IMG/VR virus record: IMGVR_UViG_2700989551_000001
Strand: one strand, 5' to 3'
DNA from: an uncultured virus (IMG/VR IMGVR_UViG_2700989551_000001)
Taxonomy: Duplodnaviria > Heunggongvirae > Uroviricota > Caudoviricetes
DNA length: 20,000 nt
The position numbers and the translations under genes were made by a program. Below, piece after piece: positions 1 through 8,255 of the stretch. The notes under the pieces are model-generated. The model was not told where the DNA came from. It worked only from the letters and a program-made list of their open reading frames with translations, and made no database searches. Positions within the stretch are counted from its first letter, which is position 1, and every line of letters starts with the position of its first letter.

Positions 1-387
1 AGCGGACCGTCACGCATCGTGGCCGGCGCGGACGTGGCCGGCGCGGTGGCCGGATGGCTCACCGGCCTGGCCGCCGCCCGGCATTCGCGCGGGCTCACGC
101 AGGCCGAACTCGCCGCGGCGGCGGGCATTGCCCCCGCGCGGGTCAGCCGATACGAAACCGGCCGCATCCGCGACGCCGCCAACATCGCCGCCGGCACGTT
201 GGACCGGCTTGCCCGGGCGCTCCACATGGACATGGGCGACCTGTACCGGATCATGACCGGCAGGCTGGAGCCCCTGTCCGTACCCGTCAAGCCGTCCGAC
301 CCCCTCCCCGCGCCCGATTCCGCGAAGCCCATGCCCGAGCCTCCGGCGCGCGACCTCCCGTGGGATCCGGACCCGTGGAATGCGTGA
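1..387 (+). CDS. XRE/Cro-family HTH regulator, probably 5'-truncated by the window edge
   Basis: Frame is open from base 1. HTH_3-like segment GLTQAELAAAAGIAPARVSRYETG...LARALHMDMGDL. Paralogous to 18239..18790. Confidence 0.85.
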   Translation, partial: SGPSRIVAGADVAGAVAGWLTGLAAARHSRGLTQAELAAAAGIAPARVSRYETGRIRDAANIAAGTLDRLARALHMDMGDLYRIMTGRLEPLSVPVKPSDPLPAPDSAKPMPEPPARDLPWDPDPWNA

Positions 388-402
388 CGCATACCCGGGG
401 GC

Positions 403-960
403 ATGAGCACACACGACAATGACGACAAGCCGGTCCGCCTCCTGTGGGTGGACACGGAGACCACGGGCCTCGACCCACACAAGGATCCCATCCTCGAAAT
501 CGGCATGATCGCCACCGGCCCCGATCTGAAGCCGGTGGACGACGGGTTCCACACGACCGTCCACTGGGACGGGAAACCGTCCGAATTCATCCAGGGCATG
601 CACGGGCCAAACGGGCTGCTCGCCGAATGCGCGCACCCGAGCGCCCCCCACATGTTCGCCGCCGCCCTGTCCGCACGCGACTACGTGGCCCGACACCTCG
701 ACCAGGGGGTGCGGCTCCTGCCCGCCGGCAGCACCGTCCGCTTCGACCGGAACATGATCGACAGCTGGATGCCCGGCGTGCTCGACGGCTGCTCCCACCG
801 GTCCCTGGACATCAGCGCCGTCTGCGAGGCGGTCCGCATGTGGAACCCCGCGATCCTGCCCGACATGGAACCGTCCACCGACCACCGGGTCATGCACTGC
901 CTGGCCGACACGCTCCGCTACGCGCGCGCATACCGGGGGCTCATATGCTCGATCGGCTGA
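403..960 (+). CDS. orn: Oligoribonuclease-like DEDDh 3'-5' exonuclease (divergent)
   Basis: Orn-type motifs LLWVDTETTGLDP..D.ILEIG, AGSTVRFDR, HRSLDISAV.E.VR.WNP and C-terminal HRVMHCLADT...AYR. The last catalytic Asp position is Cys. Confidence 0.8.
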   Translation: MSTHDNDDKPVRLLWVDTETTGLDPHKDPILEIGMIATGPDLKPVDDGFHTTVHWDGKPSEFIQGMHGPNGLLAECAHPSAPHMFAAALSARDYVARHLDQGVRLLPAGSTVRFDRNMIDSWMPGVLDGCSHRSLDISAVCEAVRMWNPAILPDMEPSTDHRVMHCLADTLRYARAYRGLICSIG

Positions 961-1244
961 AACACGCGCCCGCCCGCCTGTGGGCGTGGCTGAAACGCCT
1001 CCCCCGCCGGATCGGCGCATGGACCATGTCCGAGCGCGGCCGCATCGTATGGACGCGCCTGCTCGCCGCCCTCCTCCTGCTCCCCCTCGCCCCGTCCCTG
1101 ACCGTCGTATGGAAGATCATGTTCGAGGGCGGCACCGTCGCCGACCAGACCGTCGTCATCTACATCACGATCCTCATCCTCCTGATCCGGGGCATGCGAC
1201 GCGGCCTGAAACGCCATCCCCGCGACAAGGAGGACGAGCGGTGA
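945..1244 (+). CDS. Small membrane protein (2 predicted TM segments)
   Basis: ATG at 945 overlaps the end of orn (alternative ATG at 1026). Hydrophobic stretches LLAALLLLPLAPSLTVVW and VVIYITILILLI. Confidence 0.65.
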   Translation: MLDRLKHAPARLWAWLKRLPRRIGAWTMSERGRIVWTRLLAALLLLPLAPSLTVVWKIMFEGGTVADQTVVIYITILILLIRGMRRGLKRHPRDKEDER

Positions 1245-1630
1245 GACGCCCGCCGCGCGGGTTCACCTCCTACGCCGCCTACGCCCTCTGGCATGCGGCC
1301 GTGTTCGCGTCCATGAACCTCCTGTACTGGCCGGCGGTCATCCCCGGACTCGCCGGAACGGTCCCGCCCGCGGCGGGCGTCCTGGTCGCGGGCATCGGGA
1401 TCACGCTCGCCGCAGGCGTCGAATGCACGCAGGGATACGGTTTCGAGGAGGCACGCGAAGGCGGCTTCCATACCGGCCTCGCGGTCGCATGCCAGATGCC
1501 CGCCGTCTGCTTCCGCCTCATCCTCCTGACCATGGGAACGCCGGACGGAACCCTGTTCTGGACGCGCACGCTCGCCGTCCTGGGCGTGCTCGCATGGCAG
1601 ACATGCTGCATCGTCATGGACCGGCTGTGA
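1241..1630 (+). CDS. Membrane protein (about 4 TM), hypothetical
   Basis: AGGAGG SD then GTG at 1241 overlapping the upstream TGA (GTGA coupling). Several hydrophobic segments. Confidence 0.7.
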   Translation: MRRPPRGFTSYAAYALWHAAVFASMNLLYWPAVIPGLAGTVPPAAGVLVAGIGITLAAGVECTQGYGFEEAREGGFHTGLAVACQMPAVCFRLILLTMGTPDGTLFWTRTLAVLGVLAWQTCCIVMDRL

Positions 1631-2328
1631 CCACAATGGGACGCATGACCAGACTCATCGACTACGGGGCGTGGGCGTCGTCCCGCTCCGACCCGTCGAA
1701 ACGCCGCACATGGCCGTTGCGCCGCGCCGGATGGCGTTTCGACCGCGCGTCCGGCGCATGGGACGGGCCGGACGGCGAACGGCTGACCGTATCCTTCCTC
1801 GGGTTCGCCATCCTCGAACGGGAGGACGCGGACTGGGAGCATCCCGGCACGGGCTACGGGACGCAATGGCATGGCGGCAGGTACGGCATGCCATATGCCC
1901 GACGCGTCGACGGCGACTGGAGGCCCCGCGTGGCCGTCATGCTCGCCCGGAACGCCGTCAAGGTCCAGGATCTGATGCTCTCCCGTCCCCTGACCGCCGT
2001 GTCCGCGGCGGACGCGCGCCGGCTCCTCGTCCGGTGCCGGCGCGCCGCCGACCTGTATCCGCCCGACGATCCGGACCTGTTCCGGCGTCTCATGGACGGA
2101 TTGGAGGAGAGGACGACGCGTATCGGATCGTACGCCATGGTGGAATACCGGCGGGGGTTCGCCGGCCCGGTCCTCGCCCTGGCGGGCGGCCTGCTCACCC
2201 CGGTCGGCTCGTTCCTCCTCGGATCCGATCCGGCGGGGTTGGCGGGCATCGCCGCGCTCGCCGCCGGACTCGCCTGCTCCGGACTGTCCTCGCTGATCGA
2301 CGGGACGGAACGCGCGGGCGGCGCATAG
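1627..2328 (+). CDS. Hypothetical protein with two C-terminal TM segments
   Basis: GTGA overlap at 1627 (alternative ATGs at 1636 and 1645). GC3-biased codons and a hydrophobic C-terminus. Confidence 0.65.
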   Translation: MTTMGRMTRLIDYGAWASSRSDPSKRRTWPLRRAGWRFDRASGAWDGPDGERLTVSFLGFAILEREDADWEHPGTGYGTQWHGGRYGMPYARRVDGDWRPRVAVMLARNAVKVQDLMLSRPLTAVSAADARRLLVRCRRAADLYPPDDPDLFRRLMDGLEERTTRIGSYAMVEYRRGFAGPVLALAGGLLTPVGSFLLGSDPAGLAGIAALAAGLACSGLSSLIDGTERAGGA

Positions 2329-2372
2329 GCGTCGCGCCGACGGCATGATCCGTTCATGAAAAGCGATATGCC

Positions 2373-2709
2373 ATGACCAATCCGAACCCAACCAATCTCA
2401 ATACGCGCAACCGCAACCAGCCTACGGGCAGCCGAACTATGCGCCGCCAGTTCAACCCCGTATACCCGCAGCCCACGGCATCCTATGGGAGAACCCCCTC
2501 CGACACAGGCTCCTTCGGTTTGGGCTGTTCTCGGCTTCTTCATTCCTCTGGTCGGGCTTATTCTGTGGATGATCTGGAAGAACGACCGTCCTGGTGATGC
2601 GGGCATGGCAGGCAAAGGCGCACTGGTTTCAGCGATCATCAACGTCGTGCTCTTCATCCTATGGATCGTGTTCGCAGGCATCCTATTCGCCGCATCCGGC
2701 TCCTACTAA
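2373..2709 (+). pseudogene. Frameshifted small membrane protein (Pro/Gln-rich N-terminus followed by DTGSFGWAVLGFFIPLVGLILW...), or homopolymer sequencing errors
   Basis: A coherent protein is recovered only by correcting three indels, in runs at C2387-2389, C2456-2459 and T2519-2521. Confidence 0.7.
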
Positions 2710-2736
2710 AGAGACAAACCGAAACGACAGTCCCAT

Positions 2737-2784
2737 AAAAGACGAGGGCGGCACATCCCATGAGAATAGGATGCGTCGCCCTCG
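2737..2784 (-). terminator. Intrinsic terminator after 2802..3803
   Basis: Imperfect stem CGAGGGCG.CGCATCC / GGATGTG.CGCCCTCG followed by TCTTTT on the minus strand. Confidence 0.65.
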
Positions 2785-2801
2785 CTCCTGAAAAGGATAG
2801 G

Positions 2802-3803
2802 TTAACTGCAGGGAACTTGGACGCCCGGCTTGCCACTGGTATCAATCACCCAGCAATCTTCATAATAACCGTCATCACCACCAGAGGAGCCTCCGTTGCC
2901 GCCGCCCTGGGAAGGCTGCTGTGGCTGCGGCTGTGGCGTCGGCGTATAGCCGCCTCCGTTACCGGTGGGCTGCTGTGGCATGTACGTGTAGCCGCCGCCC
3001 TGGGATTGCGTGTAGCCTCCGCCCGTGTATCCGGTGTAGCCACCGGTCGTATCGCCCGTGTAGGAGGAGCCGTTGTCCGGCGCCTGGGCGGCATTGTCGG
3101 CCGCCTGCTTCTCCTTTTCGGCCTTGGCCTTCGCGTCCGCATCCGACTTCGCCTTGATGGAGTCGTTGACCGTCTTCATGGCGTCCGAGATCGCCTTCCC
3201 GTCCTTCGATTTGATGGCGTTCTCCAATGCGGCGCGAACCTTGTCGTCCTTCACCCTGCCCTTCGAATCATTCAGGATTCTGGTCGCGTCGGCGACGGTC
3301 TTGTCGAGCTTCGAGGCGTTCACGGCCTCGGCCTTGCCCTTGACCTCGCCTACGGTCTTCGCATACGCGGTCGCGGTCTTGTCGAGCCACGCGGTCACGG
3401 CCTTGATGTCCTTCAACCCATCCGCCGGGCATCCGGGGATATCGGTCTTCGTCTTCGAGGCCGTCTTCACGGTCGAAGCCAACGTCCCGACCGTTTTCGC
3501 GTCCTTGACCTCCGAATCCTTGACCCTGATTGCGGTCTTCAAGGCGTCCGACTTCAGGTATTCCGTCAGCTTCTTCCGCGCCTTCACCGCCCTGTCGTAT
3601 GAGGTGGCGCATTCCTCCGAAGCCGCCGTCAACCGATCATGGTTCCAATACAGGCATCCGCCGATACCGCCCGCCGCGAGGACGACGGCGCATCCGCCCG
3701 CGATCACCGGCACCAGCCACTTCGGGCGCTTCGGTTTCGAGGCGGCGCGGGCGGCCCCCGACGGTTCCGTCGGGGGCTGGGGCACGGGATTCGATCCGCT
3801 CAT
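2802..3803 (-). CDS. Membrane-anchored surface protein, copy A (N-terminal TM, Lys/Ala helical stalk, Gly/Tyr/Pro/Gln linker, Cys-pair C-terminal tip)
   Basis: SD GAAAGAGG before ATG 3803. TM segment WLVPVIAGGCAVVLAAGGIGG. Near-duplicate of 3923..4933. Confidence 0.85.
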   Translation of the reverse strand: MSGSNPVPQPPTEPSGAARAASKPKRPKWLVPVIAGGCAVVLAAGGIGGCLYWNHDRLTAASEECATSYDRAVKARKKLTEYLKSDALKTAIRVKDSEVKDAKTVGTLASTVKTASKTKTDIPGCPADGLKDIKAVTAWLDKTATAYAKTVGEVKGKAEAVNASKLDKTVADATRILNDSKGRVKDDKVRAALENAIKSKDGKAISDAMKTVNDSIKAKSDADAKAKAEKEKQAADNAAQAPDNGSSYTGDTTGGYTGYTGGGYTQSQGGGYTYMPQQPTGNGGGYTPTPQPQPQQPSQGGGNGGSSGGDDGYYEDCWVIDTSGKPGVQVPCS

Positions 3804-3862
3804 GTTATGTTCCTCTTTCATGTTTCCGCTACGCGCACGATGATAAATCATCAAAACAATAA

Positions 3863-3903
3863 AGAGGTGTGGCATATCCCATTATGGGATATGCCACACC
3901 TCT
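3863..3903 (-). terminator. Perfect 20-bp inverted repeat, terminator of copy B
   Basis: AGAGGTGTGGCATATCCCAT-T-ATGGGATATGCCACACCTCT, followed on the minus strand by TTATTGTTTT. Confidence 0.8.
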
Positions 3904-3922
3904 CACGCGGAAAGAGGAATGA

Positions 3923-4933
3923 TCAACTGCAGGGAACTTGGACGCCCGGCTTGCCACTGGTATCAACCGTAAAGCAGGTGTCCCATCCATCATCTCCACC
4001 GGTTGAACCGCCGCCGTTGCCTCCTTGGGATGGCTGCGGGGTCGGTTGTGGCGTCGGCTGCGGTGCGGGAGTGTACCCGCCTCCGTTGCCGGTGGGCTGC
4101 TGTGGCATGTACGCGTACCCGCCGCCCTGGGATTGCGTGTAGCCTCCGCCCGTGTATCCGGTGTAGCCTCCGGTTGTATCGCCCGTGTAGGAGCCGCTGT
4201 TATCCGTCTGCGCCTGGGCGGCATTGTCGGCCGCCTGCTTCTCCTTTTCGGCCCTGGCCTTCGCGTCCGCGTCGGATTTCGCCTTGATGGAGTCGTTGAC
4301 CGTCTTCACCGCATCCGAGATCGTCTTCCCGTCCTTCGATTTGATGGCGTGCTCCAATGCGGCGCGAACCTTGTCGTCCTTCACCCTGCCCTTCGAATCA
4401 TTCAGGATCCTGGTCGCGTCGGCGACGGTCTTGTCGGTCTTCGAGGCGTTGACCGCATCCGCCTTGCCCTTGACCTCGTTCACGGTCTTCGCATATGCGG
4501 TCGCAAGACCGTCGATCTCCTTCGTCGTCGCCTCGATATCGGCCCGATTGCCGGAGGGGCATTCCGGAACGGTCGTCTTCGTCTTCTCGGCGGCCTTTAC
4601 CGTCGAGGCCAACGTCCCGACCGTTTTCGCGTCCTTGACCTCCGAATCCTTGACCGTGACCGCGGTCTGCAGGGCGTCCGACTTCAGGTATTCCGTCAGC
4701 TTCTTCCGCGCCTTCACCGCCTTGTCGTATGAGGTGGCGCATTCCTCTGAAGCCGCCGTCAACCGATCATGGTTCCAATACAGGTATCCGCCGATACCGC
4801 CCGCCGCGAGGACGACGGCGCATCCGCCCGCGATCACCGGCACCAGCCATTTCGGACGCTTCGGTTTCGAGGCGGCGCGGGCGGCCCCCGACGGTTCCGT
4901 CGGGGGCTGGGGCACGGGATTCGATCCGCTCAT
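3923..4933 (-). CDS. Membrane-anchored surface protein, copy B
   Basis: Same SD and start context as copy A. 336 aa, ending CFTVDTSGKPGVQVPCS. Confidence 0.85.
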   Translation of the reverse strand: MSGSNPVPQPPTEPSGAARAASKPKRPKWLVPVIAGGCAVVLAAGGIGGYLYWNHDRLTAASEECATSYDKAVKARKKLTEYLKSDALQTAVTVKDSEVKDAKTVGTLASTVKAAEKTKTTVPECPSGNRADIEATTKEIDGLATAYAKTVNEVKGKADAVNASKTDKTVADATRILNDSKGRVKDDKVRAALEHAIKSKDGKTISDAVKTVNDSIKAKSDADAKARAEKEKQAADNAAQAQTDNSGSYTGDTTGGYTGYTGGGYTQSQGGGYAYMPQQPTGNGGGYTPAPQPTPQPTPQPSQGGNGGGSTGGDDGWDTCFTVDTSGKPGVQVPCS

Positions 4934-4969
4934 GTTATGTTCCTCTTTCATGTTTCCGCTACGCGCACG

Positions 4970-4978
4970 ATGATAGCA
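4970..4978 (-). promoter_or_regulatory. Putative extended -10 (TGcTATCAT) for copy B; the TATCAT hexamer is also retained upstream of copy A at 3840..3845
   Basis: Matches TGnTANNNT about 37 nt upstream of the ATG and lies at the duplication boundary. Confidence 0.45.
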
Positions 4979-5112
4979 TCATGCGTGGCTTGTTCCGGTC
5001 GGTTTCCTCACATCCCGGGGATTCATCCATTCCTGGCGCTTGCCCCGGCTTCAATCATCCCACGGTATGCGTCCCTCGGGAAGCCAACGGATTTAAACCA
5101 TGAAAGTGAACC

Positions 5113-5163
5113 GGGTGCCGCATCCCCTGCGGCCCGTCATGGGCCGGGGGGGATGCGGCACCC
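5113..5163 (-). terminator. GC-rich hairpin terminator downstream of the adhesin gene
   Basis: GGGTGCCGCATCCCC..CGGCCC / GGGCCG..GGGGATGCGGCACCC, about 16 nt after the stop at 5180. Confidence 0.75.
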
Positions 5164-5179
5164 CTTGCCGTCCCGCGTG

Positions 5180-8125
5180 TCAGGCGCGCCTGCGGTTGCG
5201 CAGCGCGAACGCGGCGCCCAGGCCGGCGAGCAGCATGCCGGCCGCGACGGCGGGCAGGACGCCCGTGCCGGTGGAGGCGAGCTGCTTCTCCCTGACGGTC
5301 ACGGTCTCGTTCGGCTTGCGCGCGTCGCCATAGGAGACGAGCTTGCCCGTCTGGTCGTACACCTTCTCACGCCAGTAGTAGGTGCCGGTCTCCTTGACGG
5401 TCACGGTCGGCGAGTGGACGCCGTCCACGGCGTCGATCTTGCCGGTGACGGTGATGAGCACGTCTCCCGACTGGTCTCCGTTGGCCTGCTTCCACAGTTC
5501 GAATTCGGCCTTGGCTGCCTGCTCGCAGTTCCTGAGCAGGAGCTCGTCGTGCAGGTCGGCCCTGCCGTTCTCCATCGTGACCTCGCCCTGGCTCCTGGTG
5601 GACACCTCGCACTTCGGTGTTTCGGGCTTCCGGACGCGCACGATCTCGGATGCGAGGCCGAAAGCGTGCTGCACCTTGCCGTGGGTGAGCTGACGCCATG
5701 CGAGGGCGGCGAGCGGATTATGGTTCTGGTCGCCGGTCAGACTCGGTGTCATGACCCAATGCCAAGCGTAGGTGCCCGATTCGGTCAGGGTGAACGAGTC
5801 GGTCGTGTAGGTGCCGAACCCGGTGACGTCCTTGATGTCGGCCTCGTGAACCTTCACCGCGTTTTCGGGCACGGTGTCGGTCTGCTCGATCGCGGAGGAC
5901 GGGTCGTCACTCACCTTGTAGAGGACGCCGTGGAAGTCGAGGCTCAACGGGGTGCCCTTCGGGGTTTCGCCTTCGGTGACGTTCGACTGCGGGTAGGTGG
6001 GCCACACGTCCTTTTCGTTGGTCTTGGCGACGACGAGCCTGTCAATGGTGGTCTCACCCGCCTTGACTTCCTTGCTGGACACTGTGGAGTCGAGCTTCGG
6101 GGTGAGGCGGAACATGACGGTCTCATCCGCGGTGAACGGAGCCTCATGAACATCCTTGGCGAACGGATAGTCCCTGGACGGTTCGATGCCGGTCTGGTTT
6201 TCCGTGTCCTGATCCTTGTTCGCGATGTCGAACACGAACGTGGCGTATCCGGATGGCAGGTTCGTCAGATCCACACCATCCTCGGCCTTCCATTGGGCGA
6301 CAGGCTTGTCCTCGTCACTGCTGGAAATCAGGTAGTCGCCGGCCTTGTTCGTGGTGAACGTGGCGGTGGCGAGCTTCACGGCCTGCTTGGGCAGTTCGAC
6401 GGTCTTGCCCGCGGCGGTATCCTTCTGAGCCTGTTCGGCCTGTTCGCGGGTCATGCCACCGTAGATGGCGCCATTCACGGTAAGCGTGATCTGGTTGTCT
6501 TCCGTTTCCTTGCCTTCGCCCTGACCGTCCTTGGTGTGCAGCCAGTCCTGGGTGTCGACCTTGCCGTCACCGTTCACGTCGGTCACGCCCAGCGTGACCT
6601 TATCACGGATGACGCTGCCCTTTTCAAGGTAGACGACATCGGTCTTGTCGGACGCGGCCGCGGAGCCGATTTGCACGCTCGGACGTTCGGTGCCGTCGGC
6701 GCCGGCCACCGTGCTCTGATCGGTCTTGTAGGCGGCGCTCACACTCGACTTGATGGTCGGCTGCATGTTGCGCACATGCTGAGTGGATTCCGCTTCCAGC
6801 ACGTTGTCAGACCAGTCGTAGTCCGTGGACAGGTACTGCTTCATGTTGGCGTCCTGCATGTCGGGCGTGATCTGCCACACCCACGTGTACCAGCCGGTGT
6901 CCGGCAGGCTCGACGGGGTGGCTCCCGGGTGCGCCTTCACGAAGCCGGGGTCCATGGTGATGGAGGCGGCGTCCACATGATTGGTGGCGCCATCCCTGTC
7001 GCCGGTGACGGTCGCGGTCGCGGCCTTCACCCCGTCCTTGACGGTCGTCTGGCCTTCGACCGGCTTCTTCGCGAAGTAGTAGAGGGTGCCGGTGCTCTTG
7101 ATGGTCGCGCCTTCAATCCAGTCGCCGCCCGTCGGGTCCACATGCCAGGTCAGATCGTCTTCGGGCGCATGCCCGTATTCGATGCGATGGTCCGACTGGT
7201 CGGACTGGATGGTCGGCTTGAAGTTGTTTAGCACCTCGAACTGGATGTTCTTCGACACGGTCTCGGGATCGGTCGGGGCCATCAGATTCTGGTTCGGGGA
7301 GGTCAGCTTGCGGGCCTGATAGCCTTTGTAGCTGACAGACGACGTTACTTTGCCGTTGCCGGTGGCGGTCCATGCGAAATCCTGCTTCTTGTTGGTAGTC
7401 GTGCCGTCAATCGTGTTCGTGCCAGTCTGGTCGAACACGGCCGGACCCTGGAGCATGATCCTGAACGGCATGCCGGACATGTATTGGCCGTTCTCGTTCG
7501 TGATGCTCGGGGTGACCATTCCCTTGCGTTTGCCGATGGTGTACTGGTATCTCATGTCGAGGTTCGAGGGCGTGTTGGCGACCGCCTCATTCCACAGGCT
7601 GTTCATTTTGGCCGTGTACGTGTCCCAGGTGGTGCCGTCTTTCCAGCCGAGGCGTTGGAGGCCATTCAGGTATTCGTTGCCCATCGGGTCGAGCTTCTGG
7701 TGGATGAGGCCCGCGATCGCGGCCTGCGTGAGGTCGTCCCTGTCGTTGTTGTACTTGTCGGTCAGCCAGGCGAGCTTCTGCGCGTCCGGTTTCGTCTTCG
7801 CGTCGGTCCACTCGCCCCACGTGCCCGCCGTGCCCGTGTAGAGCGTGTCGGCCTGGATGCAGTACACGTTCTTCCCGTTGACCTTGTCGACCACGCCGAG
7901 CGACTGCTCCATGTCCTCGTACTTGTGTCCGTTGCTGAACGTGATCGTGCCCATGTTCGCCCACAGGCCCGGGTTGCCGTTCTGAATGGAGCGCTCAAAC
8001 GGATCACGCATGTCGGCCGCGTCCGCCGTGCCCGCGACGAGCATGCCCGCCGCCAGGGTGGCGGCTGCCGCGACGCCCGCGGCGAGCGTGCGCGCCCAGT
8101 GTCTGTCGTTATGAGTCGAACCCAT
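5180..8125 (-). CDS. Sortase-anchored (LASTG) cell-surface adhesin, 981 aa, with probable N-terminal thioester (TED/TQXA-like) domain and Ig-like stalk repeats
   Basis: SD GAAAGGA before ATG 8125. Signal peptide ending in ADA. Motifs VYCIQ, TQAAI and NQNL. C-terminal LASTG, hydrophobic helix and RNRRRA tail. Confidence 0.85.
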   Translation of the reverse strand: MGSTHNDRHWARTLAAGVAAAATLAAGMLVAGTADAADMRDPFERSIQNGNPGLWANMGTITFSNGHKYEDMEQSLGVVDKVNGKNVYCIQADTLYTGTAGTWGEWTDAKTKPDAQKLAWLTDKYNNDRDDLTQAAIAGLIHQKLDPMGNEYLNGLQRLGWKDGTTWDTYTAKMNSLWNEAVANTPSNLDMRYQYTIGKRKGMVTPSITNENGQYMSGMPFRIMLQGPAVFDQTGTNTIDGTTTNKKQDFAWTATGNGKVTSSVSYKGYQARKLTSPNQNLMAPTDPETVSKNIQFEVLNNFKPTIQSDQSDHRIEYGHAPEDDLTWHVDPTGGDWIEGATIKSTGTLYYFAKKPVEGQTTVKDGVKAATATVTGDRDGATNHVDAASITMDPGFVKAHPGATPSSLPDTGWYTWVWQITPDMQDANMKQYLSTDYDWSDNVLEAESTQHVRNMQPTIKSSVSAAYKTDQSTVAGADGTERPSVQIGSAAASDKTDVVYLEKGSVIRDKVTLGVTDVNGDGKVDTQDWLHTKDGQGEGKETEDNQITLTVNGAIYGGMTREQAEQAQKDTAAGKTVELPKQAVKLATATFTTNKAGDYLISSSDEDKPVAQWKAEDGVDLTNLPSGYATFVFDIANKDQDTENQTGIEPSRDYPFAKDVHEAPFTADETVMFRLTPKLDSTVSSKEVKAGETTIDRLVVAKTNEKDVWPTYPQSNVTEGETPKGTPLSLDFHGVLYKVSDDPSSAIEQTDTVPENAVKVHEADIKDVTGFGTYTTDSFTLTESGTYAWHWVMTPSLTGDQNHNPLAALAWRQLTHGKVQHAFGLASEIVRVRKPETPKCEVSTRSQGEVTMENGRADLHDELLLRNCEQAAKAEFELWKQANGDQSGDVLITVTGKIDAVDGVHSPTVTVKETGTYYWREKVYDQTGKLVSYGDARKPNETVTVREKQLASTGTGVLPAVAAGMLLAGLGAAFALRNRRRA

Positions 8126-8255
8126 AAGGATGTTTCCTTTCTGTCGGATAGGGGACGGCGTACGTCCGCCCCCGCACGCGCGTCTATGCGGGCCGGAAAG
8201 GCACATGATCGTCCCGGGACATGGAAGAACGGCATGGGATTGGATTTGACGGTTT

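Larger units (their letters stand above)
2804..4975. repeat. Tandem direct duplication of about 1.04 kb (2804..3845 and 3925..4975)
   Basis: Both ends are identical between copies (aactgcagggaacttgg... and ...acgcgcacgatgata), with diverged internal patches. Confidence 0.95.

Noticed and set aside
2802..3995. DGR template/variable repeat pair at the 3' ends of the duplicated genes
   Set aside because: Differences include indels and are not adenine-specific, both copies are full genes, and there is no reverse transcriptase in the window.
4769..7231. 820-aa plus-strand ORF, and similar long ORFs such as 14503..16965, 16320..18050, 11146..12342 and 12535..13827
   Set aside because: Shadow frames of real genes in high-GC DNA, with Arg/Gly/Pro-rich, motif-free translations.
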